A stretch of 33,909 bases of DNA, taken from positions 1 to 33,909 of IMG/VR virus record IMGVR_UViG_3300002092_000020; one strand, written 5' to 3'. The notes beneath the pieces are model-generated. The model saw only the letters and a list, made by a program, of their open reading frames with translations. It was not told the origin of the DNA and did no database searches. The translations under genes were made by a program, and so were the position numbers. Origin of the DNA: a virus. Its lineage: Duplodnaviria > Caudoviricetes. Of this stretch, positions 6,519 to 14,376 are shown piece by piece (positions within the stretch are counted from its first letter, which is position 1; the number at the start of each line of letters is the position of its first letter).

Positions 6519-6845
6519 ATGAAAGACTTTATCGGTAGTTGTTTATTAGGTGCATTGCTAGGTTGTATGTTTGCATACGGAGTACCAGCAAAAGCACAAG
6601 CCCTATATGGCGCACAAGGCCAATATTTAGGCAACATTCAACAGTCTGGCAATACTGCCAACTATTACGGCCCACAAGGTCAATACCAAGGTCAAGCGAC
6701 CACTAACAACGGTCAGACCAATTTCTATGGTGCTAATGGCGCTTATCAAGGTACATACCAAAACCAAGTGCAGCCAAATTACACACCTTATGTACCATAC
6801 ATTCCGCAGCAACCTGCACAACCACAAAGACCAATAGGCTACTAA
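6519..6845 (+). CDS. Secreted Gln/Gly/Tyr/Asn-rich repeat protein
   Basis: AAGGGG SD; signal peptide ending AKA-Q; three 20-aa-spaced YGxxGxYxG repeats; Pro/Gln tail. Confidence 0.75.
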   Translation: MKDFIGSCLLGALLGCMFAYGVPAKAQALYGAQGQYLGNIQQSGNTANYYGPQGQYQGQATTNNGQTNFYGANGAYQGTYQNQVQPNYTPYVPYIPQQPAQPQRPIGY

Positions 6846-7018
6846 TGACTACTTTTACTACAGACGACAGAATTGACGCTGAAAGGCTAACTCAAGCTAC
6901 CGTAGTAATTACAGCCAAAGGTAATGAGGTTGAAGTGCATACTGAAGGCGAAGGTCAAGCTTTGTTTATAGCAAACCTTATGGTGCAACTTGTAGACCAA
7001 CAGGTTAAAGGCAATTGA
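6845..7018 (+). CDS. Hypothetical 57-aa protein (not in ORF track)
   Basis: MTTFTTDDRIDAERL...VKGN*; TAATG coupling to the upstream gene. Confidence 0.65.
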   Translation: MTTFTTDDRIDAERLTQATVVITAKGNEVEVHTEGEGQALFIANLMVQLVDQQVKGN

Positions 7019-7134
7019 GTTTTACCATTTACACGCATGATGGCATGAAAGTCATTCAATGGTTTAGCACTATTGATGACCTTCTTAAAAGTATGATTAA
7101 TAACCCTTTAAATAGGTATCACAGAAATGTTTGA
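7015..7134 (+). CDS. Hypothetical 39-aa protein (TTG start, not in ORF track)
   Basis: MSFTIYTHDGMKVIQWFSTIDDLLKSMINNPLNRYHRNV*; TTGA overlap upstream, overlaps the next start. Confidence 0.45.
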   Translation: MSFTIYTHDGMKVIQWFSTIDDLLKSMINNPLNRYHRNV

Positions 7135-7498
7135 TGAATTTTGGGCGTTATATCCACGCAAAGTTGCTAAAACTGTAGCTTGCAAAGCATTTGACAGGCT
7201 TACAGAACAGCAGCAATTAGATGCTTGCAAAGCTTTAGATGACCATATTATTTATTGGGATATAAAAGAGATTGAGTTAGAATTTATACCCCACCCAGCT
7301 ACCTGGTTAAACCAAGAACGCTGGGAAGATGAGTTGGTTATAGAACCTAAGAAGAAAAAAGAATCTAAAGAATGGATGTTTAGCAATGAAGGCATTGAAG
7401 CTAAAGCAAGAGAATTGGGTATACCCAGTAATGGCTATGACACCTATGCAAGCCTTAAAGCCAAATGTATGAACAAGCTAGGCATGAGTGTGCAGTAA
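7127..7498 (+). CDS. Replication initiator-like protein, C-terminal domain only
   Basis: FDEFWALYPRKVAK..A.KAF and FIPHPATWLNQERWEDE, the domain found at the C-terminus of many phage replisome organisers; no N-terminal HTH. Confidence 0.7.
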   Translation: MFDEFWALYPRKVAKTVACKAFDRLTEQQQLDACKALDDHIIYWDIKEIELEFIPHPATWLNQERWEDELVIEPKKKKESKEWMFSNEGIEAKARELGIPSNGYDTYASLKAKCMNKLGMSVQ

Positions 7499-7638
7499 GG
7501 CAATTGTGTAAATACAGAAAAGAATGGGGACTTACTAAGTTTCGTGTATATATAAACAAATCACCAAATTTGCATCAATATTTAAACGATTTTGTAGACC
7601 AGTATTCTAAGGGGAATAGGGGAATAGGATGGAAATAG
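7465..7638 (+). CDS. Hypothetical 57-aa protein (not in ORF track)
   Basis: MYEQARHECAVRQLCKYRKEWG...QYSKGNRGIGWK*; overlaps both neighbours. Confidence 0.65.
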   Translation: MYEQARHECAVRQLCKYRKEWGLTKFRVYINKSPNLHQYLNDFVDQYSKGNRGIGWK

Positions 7639-7778
7639 ATAAAATTATTGTTGCTGCTACTGGTATAGGTTATGTAGTTGTGGGCATAACTCAGTATTTC
7701 AAAGGTTCATTGTCTAATGCTTTAATTTGGGTTAGTTATGGAACAGCCCAAATAGGTTTATGGATGAACTTAAAGTGA
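7629..7778 (+). CDS. Small 49-aa membrane protein (not in ORF track)
   Basis: GGGGA SD; MEIDKIIVAATGIGYVVVGITQYFKGSLSNALIWVSYGTAQIGLWMNLK*. Confidence 0.6.
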   Translation: MEIDKIIVAATGIGYVVVGITQYFKGSLSNALIWVSYGTAQIGLWMNLK

Positions 7779-8323
7779 TAGGCGTTTTATTTGCAAGGCA
7801 AGACAGCCGTTATAAAGATTTACTTGGTTATGATGTTTATGACATTGACCGTGATGCCAGAAAGTTTAATGAAAATTACCCTGTTATTGCACATCCACCA
7901 TGTCGTGCTTGGGGCCGTTTAAGCCACATGGCTAACCCAAGACCAGACGAAAAAGATTTAGCTTTGTTTGCATTAGAAAAAGTGCGTAAAAATGGTGGTG
8001 TATTAGAACACCCTAAAGGTAGTCGTTTATGGAAAGAAGCACCATTACCTATGCCTGGAGAATTTGCAGATGAACACGGTGGTTTTACTATACTTATTGA
8101 CCAATACCATTTTGGTCATGTAGCTAGAAAATGGACACACCTTTACATTGTTGGAATTACGCCAAATGAATTACCTGAAATACCTATTAGGGGGGGGCTG
8201 CCTTGGAAAACTATATGTGGAATTACTGGGCAACCTGGGCGAAGATGTACTCAATACGAAAGGGAATATAGTCCTGACGGTCTAATTGAGTTTATGACTA
8301 AAATTTGCGAAAAAATTAAATGA
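7760..8323 (+). CDS. Atypical C5-cytosine DNA methyltransferase-like protein
   Basis: IAHPPC (motif IV PC), VLEHP (motif VI-like), DQYHFGH.ARK.T.L (motif VIII-like); no canonical FxGxG. Confidence 0.55.
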   Translation: MDELKVIGVLFARQDSRYKDLLGYDVYDIDRDARKFNENYPVIAHPPCRAWGRLSHMANPRPDEKDLALFALEKVRKNGGVLEHPKGSRLWKEAPLPMPGEFADEHGGFTILIDQYHFGHVARKWTHLYIVGITPNELPEIPIRGGLPWKTICGITGQPGRRCTQYEREYSPDGLIEFMTKICEKIK

Positions 8324-8649
8324 AAGACTATGACCCTAATGATGCAATCGATTTCATATTCAAAACTGCGCCAGCGTATGCTAAAGCAAAGGGTGAATTG
8401 GCCCAACTTGAAGCGTTTAAAAGTTCTCTTAAGGCGATTAAAATGGCACAGACAGACGAACAAAGTCTGGGCGCACAAGAACGAGAGGCTTATAGAAGCC
8501 AAGAGTACCAAGATTTATGCAAGGCAATTGGAACGGCAACTGAACAAACAGAAGCTTTTAGATGGCAATTAGAAGCAGCCAAGATGAGATTTGAAGCCTG
8601 GCGCACAGAACAAGCTAACAACCGTAATATTGAAAGACTGACTAAATGA
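8320..8649 (+). CDS. Conserved helical phage protein (possibly UvsY-like recombination mediator)
   Basis: All-helical, AQEREAY...WRTEQANNR; function inferred loosely. Confidence 0.5.
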   Translation: MKDYDPNDAIDFIFKTAPAYAKAKGELAQLEAFKSSLKAIKMAQTDEQSLGAQEREAYRSQEYQDLCKAIGTATEQTEAFRWQLEAAKMRFEAWRTEQANNRNIERLTK

Positions 8650-8825
8650 GTGACTATTCAGAAAATTACCTTAAAATTCAACAGCTTCTTAAAAAATACC
8701 ACAACGCTACTCTTAAATGGGATTATGAAAAAGCCACCAAAATAGCCCATGAATTAGCAGACGAAACCATTAGATTAGAAATTGCTAGTGTTCGTGCTTT
8801 AAAAAACCAATGGATTAAGCAATGA
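8646..8825 (+). CDS. Hypothetical 59-aa protein (not in ORF track)
   Basis: MSDYSENYLKIQQLLKKYHNA...NQWIKQ*; ATGA overlaps at both ends. Confidence 0.7.
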   Translation: MSDYSENYLKIQQLLKKYHNATLKWDYEKATKIAHELADETIRLEIASVRALKNQWIKQ

Positions 8826-9187
8826 AGTTAATGCGTACAGAGCCTACTCATATAGATTATGGGGACTTTGTAGGTTTATTGCCAACATCACCAAACTTTA
8901 CACCAAGTAATGTAGATGGAATTGCCGAAAGAAAAGGCAAATTTTTAATAATGGAGTGGAAACGCCCTAATGAAAATTCAAGTAAGGGCCAACAATATAT
9001 GTTGCAATCCCTTGCTAGTAAACCAGACTTTATTGTTGTTATTATTCGCGGTGACACAGACAATGGGGTAAATATACAAAACTTTTACCTTGTGCAACCT
9101 CAAGGTGGGTGTATATTAATTGGTAATGGCTGGGAGTCTTTTAAAGCTTATTACAAACAATGGTATGAATGGGCTGATGGCAACTAA
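8822..9187 (+). CDS. Small PD-(D/E)XK-like nuclease
   Basis: NVDG-x8-IMEWK and GQ..ML..L motif. Confidence 0.55.
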   Translation: MKLMRTEPTHIDYGDFVGLLPTSPNFTPSNVDGIAERKGKFLIMEWKRPNENSSKGQQYMLQSLASKPDFIVVIIRGDTDNGVNIQNFYLVQPQGGCILIGNGWESFKAYYKQWYEWADGN

Positions 9188-9470
9188 GAATGAAAAGAAC
9201 GCTCTCAATAAGATTGCAAAACTCGGATGTATTCTATGCTCCGAACTCCTTGGGATTGAAGGCGGTTCGCCAGCAGAAATCCATCATGTGCGGAGATATG
9301 GTGCTGTCAGGTCTACATCCCCTGTCTTGCCGTTATGCCCAGAACACCATAGGGGAAATAGTGGGGTTCACGGATTGGGTACAAAGGGCTTTGAAAATAA
9401 ATGGGGCGTTACCTATGCGTGGCTCTTGGAGCGAGTTGACCAAAGACTTGGAAAAAGAACTGAGGAATGA
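9177..9470 (+). CDS. HNH/Ref-like (DUF968-type) Zn-binding nuclease
   Basis: GCILC...AEIHH...LPLCPEHH...GVHG; start reassigned to ATG 9177. Confidence 0.75.
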   Translation: MATKNEKNALNKIAKLGCILCSELLGIEGGSPAEIHHVRRYGAVRSTSPVLPLCPEHHRGNSGVHGLGTKGFENKWGVTYAWLLERVDQRLGKRTEE

Positions 9471-9818
9471 TTAAAGTTCAAGAGGGTCAAAACCCAATTC
9501 AGACGAAATACGGAGCGCTCTATTACGAAACTCCTTATCGTGGTGAGTCCATTTGCTCGATTTGTGACGGCTCATGTGTATACATTCATGGCACAAAACA
9601 CGAATTACCGTGTCCAAATGACCACACCGAGCAGCCGAAATAGTCACCGTATGCTCATGTTTGTCACCATCATCATATAAATAAGTACCCATTACTTGTG
9701 GGTCTTTGTCTACAATAAAATGTACTTGCTCTGGTAATGGCATATTCCAACGGTCAAACGGTTTCATACAGTAAATAGCGCTGTATAAGTTTCGTAGAAT
9801 TGCTGGTGTTAGCTTCAT
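9471..9818 (-). CDS. SprT-like zinc metallopeptidase
   Basis: LCHECIH (HExxH) with downstream H..EF; ATGA-coupled to the phosphoesterase. Confidence 0.7.
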   Translation of the reverse strand: MKLTPAILRNLYSAIYCMKPFDRWNMPLPEQVHFIVDKDPQVMGTYLYDDGDKHEHTVTISAARCGHLDTVIRVLCHECIHMSRHKSSKWTHHDKEFRNRALRISSELGFDPLEL

Positions 9819-10774
9819 ACTTGGTGTATTTTGCCTCTAAATTCCACTTCATCTTCACCCCAAACCCTAATCATTTCTGGTTGAAGTAGTTTGCTGCGTT
9901 CAAATGACAACATTACAAACCCTGAATTCCAATCTTTAGGGGTGTCCTCTGTATAGGCAAATTGTTGCCCATTGGGGTCACATAGCGTACCTGTTTGCAC
10001 ACCCCAACGAATGCCGTTATAGTCGTTTACAGGCATAACTGATAAATGATGGGTATGTCCAGTAATCATATTAACGCCAGAATTAAGCGCATTTGCACGA
10101 CCAGCGCCAAAACCACCTTTCCAACGGTGCTTAATACAAGTGTCCTCATTTACCCAAAAAGACCAACAAGGTAGCCAGGCAGGGAAATACTCTTTAAGCG
10201 TAGTACCTCGCATACCTTCAAAAGCTGGTAAGTTTTCAACTATTTTGCCTTCTAGCCTAGCGTCATGGTTTCCTAATGGAAAAAACAATTTAGCACCTTT
10301 GGCAACAGATTCTATTTCACCCAAGTAATACTGACAAGCTTCTAATTCTTCTTTTACTGTTGGCAGCTTATTCCAATCCATGCGTGGAAAACGACTAATA
10401 GAAGCACCGTCTAGGGCATCGCCATTGCACACGATAGCTGTAGGTTTAAATTCTTTAATCATTTCAAGAAGGGCTTTAAACGCTGTAGTTGTATGGTCAG
10501 GCCAAAAATGTGCGTCAGAAAAAACCATGACACGCCCTTTTTCTATGTCCATACCTCTGCGAGTATTGCCTACAGTTTGCTCAGTTTTTCTATATTCATT
10601 AAACCGTTTGTCATCAAGACTAGGCAATTCAACTTTAAGTCTTTGCTCAATAGAGCGCCTACGGTTGTATACTGACCTTTCGGACATTGCGTGGATTTTG
10701 GCAAAAGTTAATGGAGAACCGATGCGCTTCCACTCTTTAATGAATTCTTCATCCGTTAAATAATAAGCGCCCAT
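9815..10774 (-). CDS. Calcineurin-like metallophosphoesterase with N-terminal HTH-like extension
   Basis: SDAH, NGDALD, GNHD, KH, GHTH motifs. Confidence 0.85.
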   Translation of the reverse strand: MGAYYLTDEEFIKEWKRIGSPLTFAKIHAMSERSVYNRRRSIEQRLKVELPSLDDKRFNEYRKTEQTVGNTRRGMDIEKGRVMVFSDAHFWPDHTTTAFKALLEMIKEFKPTAIVCNGDALDGASISRFPRMDWNKLPTVKEELEACQYYLGEIESVAKGAKLFFPLGNHDARLEGKIVENLPAFEGMRGTTLKEYFPAWLPCWSFWVNEDTCIKHRWKGGFGAGRANALNSGVNMITGHTHHLSVMPVNDYNGIRWGVQTGTLCDPNGQQFAYTEDTPKDWNSGFVMLSFERSKLLQPEMIRVWGEDEVEFRGKIHQV

Positions 10775-10820
10775 TGGCGACCCCTTATACTTGTTAAGTT
10801 ACTGAATACTAACCGAAATT

Positions 10821-11120
10821 ATGGCATACGCAAAAAAAGTAGACAAAAACCAAGGTGATGTTGTTAAAGCACTACGAAACATGGGTGCTGATGTATTTCT
10901 TTTGCACATGGTAGGTGGCGGTATACCAGACTTAATGGTTGCCTACGCTGGACACACTATTCTAATCGAAATTAAAGACGGTGAAGATAAGCGTTTGACC
11001 CTCCAGCAGCTTACCTTGTTTGCCAATTGGAAAGGTGGACACCTAGCAAGGGTAAATTCTGTGCAAGAAGCCGAGGAACTGCTAAAATGGATAGAAGATA
11101 ATGAGGATTCCTATGAATGA
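10821..11120 (+). CDS. VRR-NUC-like endonuclease / putative junction resolvase
   Basis: VDKNQ..VV.ALR, GIPDL, LIEIKDG, LT.QQ. Confidence 0.75.
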   Translation: MAYAKKVDKNQGDVVKALRNMGADVFLLHMVGGGIPDLMVAYAGHTILIEIKDGEDKRLTLQQLTLFANWKGGHLARVNSVQEAEELLKWIEDNEDSYE

Positions 11121-11472
11121 TAATGTTGCAATGTTTGCTGCTACTTTGTTGCACTCAGCGACAAATACTCATTTTTTTCATTGGTCTACCAATTCCTATT
11201 CCCAGCACAAAGCACTAGGTAATTACTATGACGAAATTGTTGAATTGGTTGACGACTATGTGGAAACCTATATGGGCTGTTATGAGCAAATTAAAAAGTT
11301 TCCCAGCGTATATCACCAACCTAAAGAACCGCTTAAGTATTTGGAATCATTGAAGAATTTTGTCCAAGACGCAAATGTTGATTTGCCACAAAAACAAGAA
11401 TTAGTTAATATAGTTGCCGAAATACAACAGCTAATTGACTCTACCATTTACAAACTTAAATACCTAAAGTAA
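11113..11472 (+). CDS. Ferritin/Dps-like four-helix protein (DUF5856-type)
   Basis: HFFHW...QHKALGNYYD..VD.YVE.Y.G...STIYKL. Confidence 0.7.
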   Translation: MNDNVAMFAATLLHSATNTHFFHWSTNSYSQHKALGNYYDEIVELVDDYVETYMGCYEQIKKFPSVYHQPKEPLKYLESLKNFVQDANVDLPQKQELVNIVAEIQQLIDSTIYKLKYLK

Positions 11473-11481
11473 GGGTTTACC

Positions 11482-11661
11482 ATGCCATTAGATAAATCAG
11501 GGTCGGCCCAAAGCGTAGGCAAAAACATTAAAGCTGAAGTAGCTGCTGGTCGCCCAAAGAAACAAGCTTTGGCTATAGCATTAAGTGAACAACGCACCCA
11601 TGCAAAAGGTAAAGTAAAGTCTAAGCTAGAAGCTGCTTATGCTAAACACATGAAAAAGTGA
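11482..11661 (+). CDS. Small basic protein, DUF6496-like (not in ORF track)
   Basis: AAGGG SD; MPLDKSGS...GKNIKAE..AGRPKKQALAIALSE...*. Confidence 0.7.
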   Translation: MPLDKSGSAQSVGKNIKAEVAAGRPKKQALAIALSEQRTHAKGKVKSKLEAAYAKHMKK

Positions 11662-12452
11662 AATTTACTGTTGTTACGCCTTCTTATAGAAGAAATAGTG
11701 GGGGTGTTTGGTATTTACATTTTCTATGTAGCCAATTAAACGCATTGGGTCATCAAGCAACTGTTTATATATATACTGCTGAACAAATCACTAGCTTTGG
11801 CAATCCTATAGGCTATGACCCAGACTCTATAGTTATTTACCCAGAAGTAATAACAAACAACCCATTAAACGCCCCAAAAGTAGTGCGTTATTTGCTTAAT
11901 AAAGAGGCAGCTATAGATGGAGTGCCTATAGATTGGGGTATAAATGACTTTGCATTGTCTTTTTCTAAGCTATACAAAGATAACTGCGACATTTTGTTTT
12001 ACCCCATTGTTGACACAGATACATACGATAGAAACGAAACAAGGGAATATAACTCTTATTATGTAGGTAAAGGCAGTAAATACGCTAACTGCCCACCTTT
12101 GCCAGGCTGCCAAGAAATTACTGTCAGCACCCCAAGAGAAAAATTCATTAATATTCTTAATAAAAGCAAAATACTATTTACCTATGACACCTTGTCAGGG
12201 ACTAATTTAGATGCAGCTTTATGTGGTGCAATGCCATATTTTTTATTAAAACCATTAGAAGAACTTAAAAATGGAGAATTGGGTAAATTTTGGATTGAGT
12301 CATTAGACCCCCAAGAAGTGTCAAAAACTAAAGAAAACATTAAAACCCTTAAAACTCGCATATTGCAATTACGCCAAGAATTTCCACAGAAACTTACAGA
12401 AATGTGTAATAAAATAGATGCACACTTTAAGGATATGTTATGGAACACATGA
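11658..12452 (+). CDS. GT-B glycosyltransferase-like protein (WavQ-like)
   Basis: SGGVWYLH.LC..LN..G, VIYPE...NPL.A..VVRYLL, YVGKG, YD..S....AALCG. Confidence 0.7.
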   Translation: MKFTVVTPSYRRNSGGVWYLHFLCSQLNALGHQATVYIYTAEQITSFGNPIGYDPDSIVIYPEVITNNPLNAPKVVRYLLNKEAAIDGVPIDWGINDFALSFSKLYKDNCDILFYPIVDTDTYDRNETREYNSYYVGKGSKYANCPPLPGCQEITVSTPREKFINILNKSKILFTYDTLSGTNLDAALCGAMPYFLLKPLEELKNGELGKFWIESLDPQEVSKTKENIKTLKTRILQLRQEFPQKLTEMCNKIDAHFKDMLWNT

Positions 12453-12670
12453 ACCGTAAGTACAAAAAAGAAGATGCTATGTTGCGCCCCCACAAGGAAT
12501 CAACCCTTGAAAAGCAACAGAAGAAGCGTCAAGACCACAATCCTCCATTAGAGTTAGCTACAGGTGGTAAAGGCGAAATGCTTAATGCAAAAGAGAACGC
12601 TAGAATGAAGCGTAAAGAAGCATTGTCTAAAGCTATGAACAAATACCACGACCCTGATATTGTTGGATAA
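12440..12670 (+). CDS. Small basic hypothetical protein
   Basis: Lys/Arg-rich 76-aa ORF with AAGGA SD. Confidence 0.65.
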   Translation: MEHMNRKYKKEDAMLRPHKESTLEKQQKKRQDHNPPLELATGGKGEMLNAKENARMKRKEALSKAMNKYHDPDIVG

Positions 12671-12715
12671 TTTGTAGTAGAATTAAACCCTTACAAATCA
12701 ATTACTTGAGAATGT

Positions 12716-13042
12716 ATGGCAAATAAAGTAGCGAAAAATAGCGAACACCCCAATCTAAATGTGGGTCGTAAGCCAGGAGTGCCCAATAAAAGCACTACGA
12801 TGGCTAGAGAGGCTATTGCTAAGTTCGTTGATGGCAATACACACAAAATGCAAGAGTGGCTACAAAGCGTGGCTGAAGGCATACAAAACGAAGAAGGTAA
12901 ATACATAGTTGCGCCAAACCCTGAAAAGGCTTTTGGTATGCTACAAACTGTAATGGAATACCATGTGCCTAAACTTGCTAGAACTGAAGTAGTAGGTGAT
13001 GCTAAAGCCCCTGTACGCATGGTGGTGTCTTGGAAGAAATAG
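12716..13042 (+). CDS. terS: Terminase small subunit (putative)
   Basis: GRKPGVPNKST motif, EYHVPKLARTE; directly upstream of terL. Confidence 0.7.
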   Translation: MANKVAKNSEHPNLNVGRKPGVPNKSTTMAREAIAKFVDGNTHKMQEWLQSVAEGIQNEEGKYIVAPNPEKAFGMLQTVMEYHVPKLARTEVVGDAKAPVRMVVSWKK

Positions 13043-14376
13043 TCCAAGAAGTCGAATTAGACTACCAACCTAGAGAAGTATTCTTAGATTTCCACGAAAG
13101 AGAACAGCGTTGGGCGGTCATTGTTGCCCATAGACGCTGCGGTAAGACTGTTGCTTGCATTAATGACCTTATATACAAGGCGTTAATTGATGGCAAAGAA
13201 GATGGTAGATATGCTTATCTTGCCCCTTACTATGCCCAGGCTAAAAGTATTGCTTTTGACTACCTTATGAAGTTCTCTGAACCTGTAAGGGCAAATCACA
13301 ATGTTTCAGAACTATGGGTAGAACTTATAAATGGCGCAAGGATTCGTTTGTTTGGTGCTGATAACGCTGATAGTTTGCGTGGTCTGTACCTTGATGGTGT
13401 AGTGCTAGACGAGTTTGCAGATATGAAGCCCTCATTATGGGGTGCTGTCTTGAGGCCGTTATTATCAGACAGAAAAGGCTGGGCCACCTTTATTGGGACT
13501 CCAAAGGGACATAACCAATTCTGGGATATATACAACAACGCCACTAAAGATGATGCTTGGTATGTAAAAACATTAAGGGCTAGTCAAACTGGCTTAATTC
13601 CCCAAGAAGAATTAGACGATGCTAGAAAGATGCAAACCCAAGACCAGTATTTAGCTGAGTGGGAGTGCGACTTTGAAAGTGCTATTATTGGTGCGTTCTA
13701 CGGCAAAGAGATGCGTCAGCTTACTGACCAAGGCAGAATTAGGGAAATTGAATACGACCCTATGTTCCCAGTACATACAGCATGGGACTTGGGTTATTCA
13801 GATGACACCGCAATTTGGTGGTTTCAAGTGGTGCATGGTGAGATTCGTATGCTTGACTACCATTCGTCTAATGGTCAACCAGTAGCTTTTTATGCTGGCA
13901 TTATTCAAAGTAGAGAGAAAGAAAGAGGCTATGTGTATGGTACACATTACTTGCCTCACGATGCTAGGGCAAAGACACTTGCGTCAAATAAAAGCATAAT
14001 TGAACAACTTTCAGACAAAATTCCGTTAAAATATCTTAAAATTGTGCCAAGTTTGTCACTTCAAGACGGAATTCAAGCAACTAGGTTAGCTTTAACTAGG
14101 GCTTGGTTTGACCATAAGTGCGAAGATGGCATTGAATGTTTACGGCAATATCAGCGTGAGTACGATGAAGATAAGAAAGTCTTTAGGGATAAACCTAGAC
14201 ACGATTGGACTTCTCATGGTGCTGACGCATTTAGGATGTTAAGTATTGCTTGGAAAGAAGAAGCACGAATTCCCCAGAAAGATGACTCGATTAGGGGGTT
14301 AAGCGTAGGACAAACAGATGTTTCGTTGAATGACTTATGGAAAAGTAATCCAAAGCCAACAACAGGGAGAATTTGA
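13030..14376 (+). CDS. terL: Terminase large subunit
   Basis: YQPR..F, Walker A HRRCGKT, Walker B VVLDE, GTPKG, nuclease WDLG..D and HGADAFR. Confidence 0.95.
   Translation: MEEIVQEVELDYQPREVFLDFHEREQRWAVIVAHRRCGKTVACINDLIYKALIDGKEDGRYAYLAPYYAQAKSIAFDYLMKFSEPVRANHNVSELWVELINGARIRLFGADNADSLRGLYLDGVVLDEFADMKPSLWGAVLRPLLSDRKGWATFIGTPKGHNQFWDIYNNATKDDAWYVKTLRASQTGLIPQEELDDARKMQTQDQYLAEWECDFESAIIGAFYGKEMRQLTDQGRIREIEYDPMFPVHTAWDLGYSDDTAIWWFQVVHGEIRMLDYHSSNGQPVAFYAGIIQSREKERGYVYGTHYLPHDARAKTLASNKSIIEQLSDKIPLKYLKIVPSLSLQDGIQATRLALTRAWFDHKCEDGIECLRQYQREYDEDKKVFRDKPRHDWTSHGADAFRMLSIAWKEEARIPQKDDSIRGLSVGQTDVSLNDLWKSNPKPTTGRI

Noticed and set aside
10140-10763. Plus-strand ORFs (62, 127 and 60 aa)
   Set aside because: Antisense shadows of the metallophosphoesterase, which has full catalytic motifs.
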